NCBI GenBank assembly: GCA_029259185.1
Contig: JAPDJF010000019.1
Coordinates: 1-48,251, forward strand
DNA from: Hadesarchaea archaeon
Lineage (GTDB): Archaea > Hadarchaeota > Hadarchaeia > Hadarchaeales > WYZ-LMO6
Direction of reading: 5' to 3'
DNA length: 48,251 bases
Both the position numbers and the translations under genes were made by a program. The notes under the pieces are model-generated. The model was given only the letters and a program-made list of their open reading frames with translations. It was not told the origin of the DNA and did no database searches. The number at the start of each line of letters is the position of its first letter. Position 1 is the first letter of the stretch. Positions 18,162 to 27,350 of this stretch are shown piece by piece.

Positions 18162-19001
18162 ATGCACGTGCGGGTGAAACTGATCCTGCTCTCGGTGGGA
18201 GTGATCCTCGGGCTCTCCCTTTGGGCACACTTCACCCCGAGGGAAGAATCCCTCAGGTTCGAGATAGGAATGGATGCGGTCACGATGAACGGGTGGAAGA
18301 TGGAACCTTGGGTCTACATGGGGACGGAGGTGACCAAGATAACGGCTGCCTCCATCTCCGTATCCGGTCTCCATCTTGAACCGCTTGGGGTGAGTTCGCC
18401 CGAATCCAAGATGGGGGAGGTGGTGGTGTACGCTACGTACGTCAAAGGTACGATCAACGGGCTCACGGCCTCTTGGAGAGGGCGGGACGTGCCGCTCGAG
18501 GCCCTTGAGATCCTGCTTCCCAAAGACAACGCATGCATGGAGAACGTGGTGATGGAAGTCGTGGGACTGGAAGCCAGCCAAATGAAACTTCCAGACATGG
18601 AGATCTCGGTTCCGTCCAGCAAAAGGGCCCTGACCGCGAGCATGTCGTACTCGATGCTGAGGGGATGGGATATGCGGGGGCCCGAGGAGTACGAGCTTGA
18701 GGGGGGAGAGAGAACACTCGTCACGAAGATCCTGATCGAGAACCTCACCGGAAACATTCATCTCGGATGGAAAAACTGTGTGCTCGGAGGGGATCTGAGT
18801 CAGCAAAACTCATTGATCAGGTCCACTTGGACGGTAGCGGGAGCACTCGGTTTTAGAATGGAGTGGGAAGGGAGCGAGGAACCACCAAACGTCAAGCCCT
18901 CGGTCGGAGATCCCGCGCTGCTGAACGATGTAGAACTCCGTATCGTCTACATGGGGGCGAAAGAGACCATTCTGAACGATGCTGAGATGAGGGTTCTGTA
19001 G
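18162..19001 (+). CDS. Uncharacterised membrane-anchored/secreted beta-rich protein
   Basis: N-terminal hydrophobic helix; 279-aa ORF fills the intergenic space; no recognisable catalytic motif. Confidence 0.65.
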   Translation: MHVRVKLILLSVGVILGLSLWAHFTPREESLRFEIGMDAVTMNGWKMEPWVYMGTEVTKITAASISVSGLHLEPLGVSSPESKMGEVVVYATYVKGTINGLTASWRGRDVPLEALEILLPKDNACMENVVMEVVGLEASQMKLPDMEISVPSSKRALTASMSYSMLRGWDMRGPEEYELEGGERTLVTKILIENLTGNIHLGWKNCVLGGDLSQQNSLIRSTWTVAGALGFRMEWEGSEEPPNVKPSVGDPALLNDVELRIVYMGAKETILNDAEMRVL

Positions 19002-19032
19002 GTTGGAGAAAACTCTTCCAAACCAAATCGAA

Positions 19033-19521
19033 CTAACGGCTCGCAGGGGATAGGTGGAGCTTCATCCCTTCGAAGACTATATCCCTCGTAGAAACGTGTT
19101 CGGCCGGTAGTTCTAACCCTTCTATGCAGAGGTTCGTGATCGTCAGCTTCTCCCCTCGATTTTCCTCAGCCAGCCGGTGGAGGAAGAAACCTATCCCGGA
19201 GTCCCCCACATCTTCGATCCTCACCAGCATCACGGTGTTCGTGGCTTCCGCCCTCCTCGCCTTTATCTCCAAGACCCCGTTCTCATCCACCTTCGCCAAG
19301 GTGAAACCCCCCGCCGACATCCTCGAAATTTCCATCCGCACCCATCCGTTTTCCGCCATCATCGTGCCACTTAAGATAATCTCATCCGCTGATACCGTTA
19401 TCCCCCCCTCCCCAGCACTCATCACCACCCCTGCGAACCGAAATCCTCCCGCGGGGGCGCTGAGTGCCGCAAAGAGTCCCAAGGCCGCAAGGGCCACCAC
19501 GAGGGGCAAGAACTTATCCAT
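19033..19521 (-). CDS. Uncharacterised secreted beta-rich protein
   Basis: Signal peptide MDKFLPLVVALAALGLFAALSA; alternating hydrophobic beta pattern. Confidence 0.65.
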   Translation of the reverse strand: MDKFLPLVVALAALGLFAALSAPAGGFRFAGVVMSAGEGGITVSADEIILSGTMMAENGWVRMEISRMSAGGFTLAKVDENGVLEIKARRAEATNTVMLVRIEDVGDSGIGFFLHRLAEENRGEKLTITNLCIEGLELPAEHVSTRDIVFEGMKLHLSPASR

Positions 19522-19572
19522 CGTCTATTTTAGAAAACCAAACACTAAAATCTGTTCCAGCCCCACCTTAGC

Positions 19573-20703
19573 GTGATGGAAGATGTGGTGATAGTGGGTG
19601 GAGGTCCCGCTGGCCTCACCGCGGCAAAAACTCTGGCTGAGAGCGGGATATCACCCCTTCTGCTCGAGGCCAGCCCGGAGTTTGGACACAAGGCCTGTGG
19701 AGAACTCATGGCGGAGAATCTCTACGGCTTCTCGGTCAGTAATTTCCTAACAAAAGGTGTGGTCGAAAGGGTGCATGAGGAGATAGCTATCAGGTTCTAC
19801 GACGAAACATTCGTCGTCTCCCGTAGAGGGGGAAGGGGTCTCATCTCGAAACTCAGGATACCCACTCGTCTCCTCTTCATAAACAGGAAGAAGTTCGAGC
19901 GAGGGCTGGCAGCGAAAGCACGTGCAAGCGGAGCAACCATTAAAATGGGAGTGAGGGTTTTCAAAATCGAACGTGGATCGGATTTTCTCGTGATAAACGA
20001 TGAGATAAGAACAAAGCTCCTGGTAGGTGCTGATGGGGCCCTTTCGATCGTGAGGAGGTTCCTAGGACTAGAGCCGAGAGACCTCGCATTCGCGATGAGT
20101 GGGAGGGTAAAGATAAACTCACTCGCAGAGGAGTGGAGGAACTTGGAACTCCCGATGTTAATAGTGGATCCAGGGAAGATCGCTGACAGGGGATACGGCT
20201 GGATCTTTCCCGGAAGAACCGAGGCCAACGTGGGGGTGGGAATCTTCGATGGACATGAAAGGTTCGTAAGGGGCTTGTGGAAAACGTTTGAACGAACCCT
20301 GGGGATAGAGGACCGAGGTGAGGAACCTGAGACCAGAGGGGCTTTCATCCCGCTATCCCTCTCTCGGAAGACATGGGTGGACAACGTGCTGCTGGTAGGG
20401 GACGCTGCTGGAATGGTCGACCCTCTCACTGGAGGTGGCTTAAACGGCGCACTTCTGAGCGGATGGCTAGCGGCGCGAGTATGTGAAGAAGCCGTAAGAA
20501 AAAACGAAACGAAAGGCACGCTGAAAAAGTACGAGGAAAGATGGAAAAGTCACTTTCTCACGAGTTATTTGAAATCCAAGTTGCTGTCTCGTCTGTTTTA
20601 CAGCTTTTTTATAAACCGGAAGAAGTTGACCTCTTGGATCACGAGACACCCTATACTAGGGGGGAGTTATTCATCGCCCAACCCCCACACCCACAAATCG
20701 TGA
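19573..20703 (+). CDS. Geranylgeranyl reductase-family FAD-dependent oxidoreductase
   Basis: VVIVGGGPAG, KACGE, VGADGA, GYGWIFP and LVGDAAGMVDPLTGGG. Confidence 0.9.
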   Translation: MMEDVVIVGGGPAGLTAAKTLAESGISPLLLEASPEFGHKACGELMAENLYGFSVSNFLTKGVVERVHEEIAIRFYDETFVVSRRGGRGLISKLRIPTRLLFINRKKFERGLAAKARASGATIKMGVRVFKIERGSDFLVINDEIRTKLLVGADGALSIVRRFLGLEPRDLAFAMSGRVKINSLAEEWRNLELPMLIVDPGKIADRGYGWIFPGRTEANVGVGIFDGHERFVRGLWKTFERTLGIEDRGEEPETRGAFIPLSLSRKTWVDNVLLVGDAAGMVDPLTGGGLNGALLSGWLAARVCEEAVRKNETKGTLKKYEERWKSHFLTSYLKSKLLSRLFYSFFINRKKLTSWITRHPILGGSYSSPNPHTHKS

Positions 20704-20782
20704 ACCACTTGTCACCGCCCGGAACCAGTCCGAGCTCCATTCACGGATCGGTGGGGGAAAACTAAAAATTATCAAAAAGGAC

Positions 20783-21655
20783 ATGGGGACGATGAACCCG
20801 ATCTTATTCTACAGGATCTCAGGATGGAGAAAAAAACTACCGCTCACGAGGTTCACCGGTTACCTCTTCCTCGGATACGCACTCGGCTTCGGATCAGATA
20901 TCCTTCAAGTTTCCTTCTGGAGATCTTCTTTTTGGCCAATTTTTTTGAACACGCTGGCCATCTATGGATTGTTCATGTTCTCGTTCGCAATCAATGATTT
21001 CTATGATTACACGTTCGAACGAGATGCCAACTACGTGGGACACTTACTAGAGCAAGGCAAACTTAGCAGGGGACGAGCATTGGCCCTCTGCTCCCTCCCT
21101 TTACTCCTCTTGATTCCTTCATGCCTCCTTTATCCCATTTCCTCCTCTTTAGCCATCGTAGCTCTATTTCTTTTTACAGCGTACTCTGCCCCACCCCTAA
21201 GGCTCAAAGAAACTAGGGTATGTCGAACATTCTTCTCCCCCATAGTGGCCTCACTCATTTTTCTCCAAGCTTACTTGCTCTCCGGTCAAATGACCGCGGC
21301 TGCGCTAGCGATGAGTCTCCTCGTGTTTTTATTCCACTGTTACATGGAGGGACTCCACATCCTCGATGACATGAGCCCTCGACCACAGATCGTAGATCCG
21401 CACGCGAGAGATCGGATCGTTCAAAAGATGAAGAACGTTCTCTTGTCCGCCCTCCTAGTTTCTCTAATTTTCGCAATTTCAATAGCCCCAATCTTTTTGA
21501 CTACCACACTTTTCTCTACCTTGCGGATGGTCTCCTCAAGGAAATTAAATTATGATTCAGATTTTCATGAATTGAGGTCTAGAGTGTTCAATCCTCCGGT
21601 ACTTGTCCAAGAATTCTTGATATATGCTGGAGCTAGTATGTTGGGCATCTTTTAG
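20783..21655 (+). CDS. UbiA-family prenyltransferase 1
   Basis: AINDFYDYTFERD Asp-rich motif, YSAPPLRLK and multiple TMs; second motif EGLHILDD. Confidence 0.8.
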   Translation: MGTMNPILFYRISGWRKKLPLTRFTGYLFLGYALGFGSDILQVSFWRSSFWPIFLNTLAIYGLFMFSFAINDFYDYTFERDANYVGHLLEQGKLSRGRALALCSLPLLLLIPSCLLYPISSSLAIVALFLFTAYSAPPLRLKETRVCRTFFSPIVASLIFLQAYLLSGQMTAAALAMSLLVFLFHCYMEGLHILDDMSPRPQIVDPHARDRIVQKMKNVLLSALLVSLIFAISIAPIFLTTTLFSTLRMVSSRKLNYDSDFHELRSRVFNPPVLVQEFLIYAGASMLGIF

Positions 21656-21735
21656 CCACCGTGGGGACTTTTTAGCTTTAACTCCGAAGAACTTGGAAAA
21701 GAAATGTCTGCCCGCAACCGATAGCAGGTATTTGC

Positions 21736-22464
21736 ATGAATTCCCTCCTCAAACTCCTGAGGGCTTGGAAGCACGCCCTGCTCGCCCCCGAACGGATAAA
21801 GGGGGGGGAGTTCTCGCTGGGGTTCATGCTGACGGTTTCGTTCTACCTCGGCTTCATCTACAACACCGTCCACTATTTCATTTACCCGGGGTACATCAAG
21901 AGCCATTTTTACGCGGGGAGCACCTTCTGGATTCACTCGCTCTACGGTGGAACGAGCGGAATCGCATTCTTCCTGTTCGTTAGTATTCTAGGATATCTCA
22001 GCGTGAAATCTATGGGAAAGAACGTCTCTTATGAAAAAATAGAACATCTAGTATTCTCGTGCACTTTCTTGTATATCCTACCCCTCCTCTTCGCTATTCC
22101 CCTCTTAGGATTAGGATATACCCAGCCTACTGGTGGGGTGAAGATGTTCAAACTTGTCGTGCCTTACCTCCCGCCTTTCAAAGTTGTTAGCTGTGTGATC
22201 ATCACGGCTATCGTCGCCACCATAATAGCTTTTAGGATACTCAATCGAGCCCTCGGTTTCACCAAGCGACAAGCCACATTATCCGTCTTACTGGCGCCCC
22301 TCACCTACGTGCCGTTTAAATGGTCTTTTCTTGTTCTCATCCAGGCCTTCTGGAGTCTAACCGGAACCCCGTTAAGTCCTCAGGACCAGTTCTTAATTGG
22401 AGTATTGTATGCGTTGGTCTTAGGGGGAACAACATACTCCATAAGGATGAAAATCGTGGACTAA
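21736..22464 (+). CDS. Uncharacterised polytopic membrane protein, paralog B
   Basis: MNSLLKLLRAWKHALLAPERIKGGEFSLGFM..YNTVHYFIYPG..FWIH..SCTFLYILP; about 6 TM. Confidence 0.8.
   Translation: MNSLLKLLRAWKHALLAPERIKGGEFSLGFMLTVSFYLGFIYNTVHYFIYPGYIKSHFYAGSTFWIHSLYGGTSGIAFFLFVSILGYLSVKSMGKNVSYEKIEHLVFSCTFLYILPLLFAIPLLGLGYTQPTGGVKMFKLVVPYLPPFKVVSCVIITAIVATIIAFRILNRALGFTKRQATLSVLLAPLTYVPFKWSFLVLIQAFWSLTGTPLSPQDQFLIGVLYALVLGGTTYSIRMKIVD
21737..21922. repeat. 186-bp exact direct repeat, copy B
   Basis: Matches 15981-16166. Confidence 0.95.
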
Positions 22465-22715
22465 AAACCCATAAAAGAGTCCCTAAGCGGGACGACATCC
22501 GAGGGAAGGGAAACCGAGACCTTCACGCACTTCTCCCCCTCCACGCTCACCCACTCCCCCCTCTCCGCGGAAACCCACGGAGGGAGGTATTTCTCGTCCG
22601 CCTCCCTGACGAAAAAGTAGGGTGGAAAGCCCTCCTCTTCCACCCACTCGTTTCCAATTCTCTTCCTGACCCAAGTCTTTCCGTTTTTTCCAAACCACCG
22701 GAGGTTCGTGAGCAA
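22461..22715 (-). CDS. Small protein resembling the N-terminal domain of family B DNA polymerases
   Basis: GFPPYFFVRE...SVEGEKCVKVSVSLPSDVVPLRDSF resembles the PolB N-terminal F.PYFYV...K.....P.DV..LR pattern. TTG at 22715 follows GGTGAT; the ORF track start is 22754. Confidence 0.5.
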   Translation of the reverse strand: MLTNLRWFGKNGKTWVRKRIGNEWVEEEGFPPYFFVREADEKYLPPWVSAERGEWVSVEGEKCVKVSVSLPSDVVPLRDSFMGF

Positions 22716-22725
22716 GATATCACCG

Positions 22726-24690
22726 CTATCCGCAGGCTGATCCCATATACCCAACCGCCCAAGCGCTCAGCTCTTGCTTCTTGTTCCAAGCGGTATCGTA
22801 TCCATAGAGATAAAAGTCCGCCACCATCATCTGTTCGTCGACATCCAGACCACAGTAGCCCAAGTCATCGAGAAAACTTGTTCCGTCATAGCTCACAACA
22901 AAGTAATCACCGCCGGGTTCTAAGTACCGTCTATCCCACTTCGCATCGCTGTGAGCGAGTGGATCTCCAATGAAGAACGCTTTCCCACCCTCGCTCGTGT
23001 AGCCATCGCCACGCTTTTGCACAGGGGGTTTCCCCTCCCCCACGTAGGGAGCGTAGACGGTGCCCGTCTTGTGGAAGAAGTACTCTATTATCGGGTTGTT
23101 GTTCTCTGTCAGGTCGTAGGTCACGCCGTGCCTAGCCAGCCTCTCCACCACATCTTGCTCCTCCACCCACCAGTACTGCCCCTCCATCTTCGTGGGGTAG
23201 GGGAAGCGGGGCCAGCGGAAGTTCCAAGTCAGCATCTCCCAGAGGTCGAAGCTCTCGTTCTCCTTAGAAGTGGGAATCAGGGCATTCTCACCTTTCCAGT
23301 CCTCTTCGATTATTATCTTCTCAAATCCGTCATATCTGCCCGATGATTCTCCCGTCCCTTGGAAATACAGTTCAGGCCAGAATCTTGCATTCGGGTTAGT
23401 ATCTTCTCCTCCTCCGTCCACGTTCTCCACCCACGCATACATGTGCCCCACGATGTTCTCCACCCTGACCGTGCCGAGGTTATACACTCTAAGCTTGAGA
23501 TGGAGACCGTTAGTATCCAAGCTCATGCTCTCCACCCAAGGGACTATGAACGGGAGGTAGAGGTCCCGGCTCAGGTCCTGAATGAACCCGCCGGGTATCG
23601 CGTACAGGATCTCCATGTTCTGGAGGAGGGTCTTGGTGTGGTCGTAGTACTTGCTCGCCTTGCGGAGGTTCTCCACCGTGTCCACGTTTTCGCAAATCAT
23701 CTTCGAGTGGTAGGCGGCGTTCTCTATCTGCTCCAAGCTCGTCTCGGCTAGGAGGACGGGATCGTCGGCGTGCAGGTCATTGTAAATTATCGTCTCTATA
23801 AGCTCCAGCGCGTTTATCAGATATGGCAGGCACCCCTCGTAGATGATTATCAGGGTCTTGCAGAGGTTCTCGTTCACCAGATCCCCCATGTAGCGGTTGA
23901 GTTCCCAGAGGTCGTTCTCCAGATACTCGCTATTGGCGAGCCAGTTGTCGTGGATGTCCCTGACTATCGCCTCCATCTCGTATGCCAGCTCCCTAGCCTT
24001 GGCGAACTCCCTGTTCTTCATCGCACTCACGGTGTCGTCCTTTCGTCCGAGCAGGCGGGCGGCTCGGAGCTGGATTCCCGTGTCCACGTACTGCCGCCCG
24101 GGCTGGGGTTCGGGAACGGTGGCCTCCGCCATCTTGTACCCGAGGGGCTTGTATACCACCTCCACCTTGTCCCCGACCTTGAGGAAGCCCTGCTCGAAGG
24201 AGATCGCAAGGGCCTCACCCTCCGCTGGGAGGGGGTTCACCCCGCTCTCGACCTCTCCCGTGACCAGAGCCATGTCTATCTCGTTCTCCACCACCACCCC
24301 GTTCACCCTCAGCTCGATGCTCTCCCACCGGATGTTTTCGAGCAGGGCCCCCATGGGGGTCTCCTCCAGCACGTCCGCCCTGTACGCGTTGTTTATCCCC
24401 TCCCCGCTGGCGTGGACTATGGCCACCCCCCCGTAGCCGGGGTAGTTGGTCCACACCTGAAGGACGGTCTGCGGGGGGATGGATGGGGCCTTTATCTTAG
24501 CCAACGCCACTATGGCAACGCCACCGGCAAGCACGGTAATTATTATCAGACATGTGACCGCCACGATAGGGGATACACTTATTTCCTCTCGTTTTTGCAA
24601 TGCTTTGACTTTTGGACGACTTGTCCCCAACGAACGGTTGCCCAAGCATTTCCGTTCATGTCCACCGCATTTTTTATACTTAAGCTTCAT
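22726..24690 (-). CDS. Large pilin-like protein 1 (pilin domain + helical region + unknown C-terminal domain)
   Basis: KREEISVSPIVAVTCLIII hydrophobic N-terminus (true start probably near LQKRE), pilin scaffold, and VDTGIQLR/LENDL shared with the paralog at 25434. Confidence 0.75.
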   Translation of the reverse strand: MKLKYKKCGGHERKCLGNRSLGTSRPKVKALQKREEISVSPIVAVTCLIIITVLAGGVAIVALAKIKAPSIPPQTVLQVWTNYPGYGGVAIVHASGEGINNAYRADVLEETPMGALLENIRWESIELRVNGVVVENEIDMALVTGEVESGVNPLPAEGEALAISFEQGFLKVGDKVEVVYKPLGYKMAEATVPEPQPGRQYVDTGIQLRAARLLGRKDDTVSAMKNREFAKARELAYEMEAIVRDIHDNWLANSEYLENDLWELNRYMGDLVNENLCKTLIIIYEGCLPYLINALELIETIIYNDLHADDPVLLAETSLEQIENAAYHSKMICENVDTVENLRKASKYYDHTKTLLQNMEILYAIPGGFIQDLSRDLYLPFIVPWVESMSLDTNGLHLKLRVYNLGTVRVENIVGHMYAWVENVDGGGEDTNPNARFWPELYFQGTGESSGRYDGFEKIIIEEDWKGENALIPTSKENESFDLWEMLTWNFRWPRFPYPTKMEGQYWWVEEQDVVERLARHGVTYDLTENNNPIIEYFFHKTGTVYAPYVGEGKPPVQKRGDGYTSEGGKAFFIGDPLAHSDAKWDRRYLEPGGDYFVVSYDGTSFLDDLGYCGLDVDEQMMVADFYLYGYDTAWNKKQELSAWAVGYMGSACG

Positions 24691-25367
24691 CCCAACACTA
24701 AGTTAGCTAGAGAACTGATAAATCTCTCTCACCAACCCTCTACTAAACCCAACACCCAAATGTCGATTGACACACAGCTATTCTCTGTTAGAGTTTGTAC
24801 AAGCGAGAATGAAGCTCTAGAAAGCTCCTCCTCCTAGAACTCTGGGATCCCCAAGTAAAAATTGTGTTGACTTATCGTTTTTGGAAGTATCTATCTCTGG
24901 ATCAAGGAAATGTTAGCTCGCTCTTCAAGCAAGGCTCACTTTTATCCTTTCCACGCCGATCCTGTCTCAAAAACGAGACATCCATCCTTTTCCTGTCCAT
25001 GAATCTCTGCTCGGTAAGCGCCAAAAGTTCCTCCGCCCTCGCCAGCTTCTTAGTACTCTCCAGCTTTGCACGAAAGCTGTTAACCTACTTCTTTTCCTTC
25101 TCTATTCCGGATTTATTGTAAAATCACTTTGCTGGCTTGAGGGTAGGTAGGACATCCCATCACTAACATCTGAGACATCATAGTGACACCATAGACAATA
25201 CTAGGCTGAGAAATCCTGCGTAGAGCTGAGAAGTAGGTCTGAGCGAGACTCACAGCCCGAGACCCTTCCCGAGAACGGCCACGACAACCGGTGGCTCCAC
25301 TTGCTGAGGGCTCAATGACAGCGCCCGAAATGCAACGGGGGAGAATTTGATGCTGAAAATCCCTAAA

Positions 25368-25381
25368 ACGTAACAGAACCG
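25368..25381. repeat. Degenerate third copy of the IS6-like right end
   Basis: ACGTAACAGAACCG matches 115-128 (ACGCAACAGAACCG) at 13/14 nt, same orientation, in a non-coding gap. Confidence 0.55.
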
Positions 25382-25433
25382 GATTTGCTAGCATATTCAT
25401 CCATGCACATAAGGTTCCAGTTTCCCGAGCCGA

Positions 25434-27221
25434 TCAGCATCCCCCTTCTTCCCCTCCTGGAGGCTCTCCACGCTGTCCAACCCAGTGGACGTTCCAGAAG
25501 TACTGCCACTCCCTATCCCCCGTCTTGGGATGGGTGTACACGAAATAATAGTCCTCGAGCCAAATCTGGTTTTCCATTTCGGCGGGGAGGTTTGGAACCG
25601 TTATGTTGTCGAACCACACGCTCCCCGCGTTTATGTTGTCGACATTCCGCGTGAGCACGATGTAGCGGATGGCCTTTCCACCCTCACCCCCGTAGGGGAT
25701 CTGGAGCTCGAAGTAGTCGGATTCTGGACTCAAGTACTCCCGGTAGGAGTGGGTGAGCCTGCTCCACAGCCACTCCGCGATCTTGAGTCTAGCCGTGTAG
25801 CGGTAGCGGTTGTGGTGGGTGTTGTCGTACATGCGCGTCCCCCACTTGTGGATGTTCTCCCCGTGACCCATGGGAACGAGCCAGTTCTCCGGGGCTACGC
25901 TCACGGTCCAATTCGTGCTGTCGCAATCGAAGTATTCACTCACCCACCACTCGTTCTCGGGATCGTACCATATGTCTGCCACCCTCGTGACGTTGATGCA
26001 GTTCTCCGTTCCCACGTTATACACGTAGACCTCCCACACGAAGTTGTCCGCCACCCAGTACGCGTTCTCCAAGTAGGGGGCCAACGCCGGCCTGTAAAGG
26101 TCCTCGTATATGTCGTCCATCGCCGGGGACACGCCGAAATACTCGATGGCCTTCATGGGTACGGGGTATGGCTCTTCTTCCATCTTCGCCTCGATGTCGT
26201 CCACCAGCTTCTGGAGGGAAAGAGAGATCTCCCTCGCATTCTCCATCACGCTCCGGGTCCAGTTGTCGCTCACGTAGGAGGGATCAAAGGCTCGGAGCCA
26301 CCCGACCTCCATGTTGTAAATGTTCTCTAAGCCATCGATCAGCATGTTGAGAAGCCCTTTCTTGTAGCACATACAGAGCTTGTAGTACCTTGGCATGTCA
26401 ACGAGGGGGAGGTAGTTGTACAGCTCTTTGAGGTCGTTCTCTAAGACCCCACCTGTTGACTTCGAGTTCTCCAGCCACTGGTGGACCTCCTCCACCAAGC
26501 CCTCGATCTTGGGTACGTAGCTCCTGGCCTCATCAAAATTCTCCACATACCACCTGCAGTTCTCGTGCACCCGATTCTCCACGTGCGGAGTCAGGGCGTC
26601 CACCACTTTGTTCTCCAGCTCCAATACCCAGAGGAGCCTGAGCTGGATCCCCGAGTCGACCAAGTTGCTCCCTGGTATCCCCCCAGACTCGGTGCAGTAA
26701 AGCGGATCCTCCATTTCAGCCTCTGCCATGATCCAGCCCGTTGGCCTGTAGACCACCGCCACCTCATCCCCGCGATCCAAGAACCCCTGGGTGTAGGAGA
26801 ACACCACTGCCCCCCCTCCAGACGGGAAGTCGAGCAGGGCATCTTTCGTCTTCTTGGATTCAGGGAGGGGGGCGAGATAGAGGATATACTCCAGCTCGTT
26901 CTCCACCTCCTGACCGTTAACCTTCACCTCCATATCCTTCCATCTGACGTTCTCGAAGAGGGTGCCCATCGGCGTATCCGTGATGAAATCTGCGTAGAAC
27001 GCATTCGGTATCTTGTCCCCCTTGACGGATATCACCCCTACCCCCCCCTTCCCCGGGAAGTGTCTCCATATTTGGAGCAGCGTGTTGGGTATCTTACCAA
27101 ATGATACCCCCTCCATCCGCCCGTAAATCAAGGAGACCCCAACTCCGAGCAAGAAAACCATCACGACCAGCAGAATAGTCGCGAGCATCGGAGAAACTCC
27201 GACCTTCTTTCGCTTACTCAT
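25434..27221 (-). CDS. Large pilin-like protein 2 (paralog of 22726-24690)
   Basis: MSKRKKVG|VSPMLATILLVVM class III signal, pilin scaffold, VDSGIQLR, LENDL and EGGKA. Confidence 0.8.
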   Translation of the reverse strand: MSKRKKVGVSPMLATILLVVMVFLLGVGVSLIYGRMEGVSFGKIPNTLLQIWRHFPGKGGVGVISVKGDKIPNAFYADFITDTPMGTLFENVRWKDMEVKVNGQEVENELEYILYLAPLPESKKTKDALLDFPSGGGAVVFSYTQGFLDRGDEVAVVYRPTGWIMAEAEMEDPLYCTESGGIPGSNLVDSGIQLRLLWVLELENKVVDALTPHVENRVHENCRWYVENFDEARSYVPKIEGLVEEVHQWLENSKSTGGVLENDLKELYNYLPLVDMPRYYKLCMCYKKGLLNMLIDGLENIYNMEVGWLRAFDPSYVSDNWTRSVMENAREISLSLQKLVDDIEAKMEEEPYPVPMKAIEYFGVSPAMDDIYEDLYRPALAPYLENAYWVADNFVWEVYVYNVGTENCINVTRVADIWYDPENEWWVSEYFDCDSTNWTVSVAPENWLVPMGHGENIHKWGTRMYDNTHHNRYRYTARLKIAEWLWSRLTHSYREYLSPESDYFELQIPYGGEGGKAIRYIVLTRNVDNINAGSVWFDNITVPNLPAEMENQIWLEDYYFVYTHPKTGDREWQYFWNVHWVGQRGEPPGGEEGGC

Positions 27222-27350
27222 TCCCACCCATCCCAATTCCTGATTGTTGCTCGCTCCTTTTATCATCACCGCTCAGTAAAAAGGATTCTTCCTAGCCGAT
27301 TAATTCGAGTGAGATAGAAAAAGTCTAAATCAAGACAGCTGAACCCAGAT

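Noticed and set aside
23770-24837. 355-aa plus-strand ORF and other long antisense ORFs (e.g. 25485-26330, 12698-13399, 40458-41225)
   Set aside because: Shadow ORFs opposite well-supported genes in GC-rich coding DNA, with no motifs of their own.
24864-25121. Short ORF or minus-strand pseudogene in the gap between the giant pilins
   Set aside because: The minus-strand Lys/Glu-rich frame contains a stop codon and no recognisable family; it cannot be assigned.
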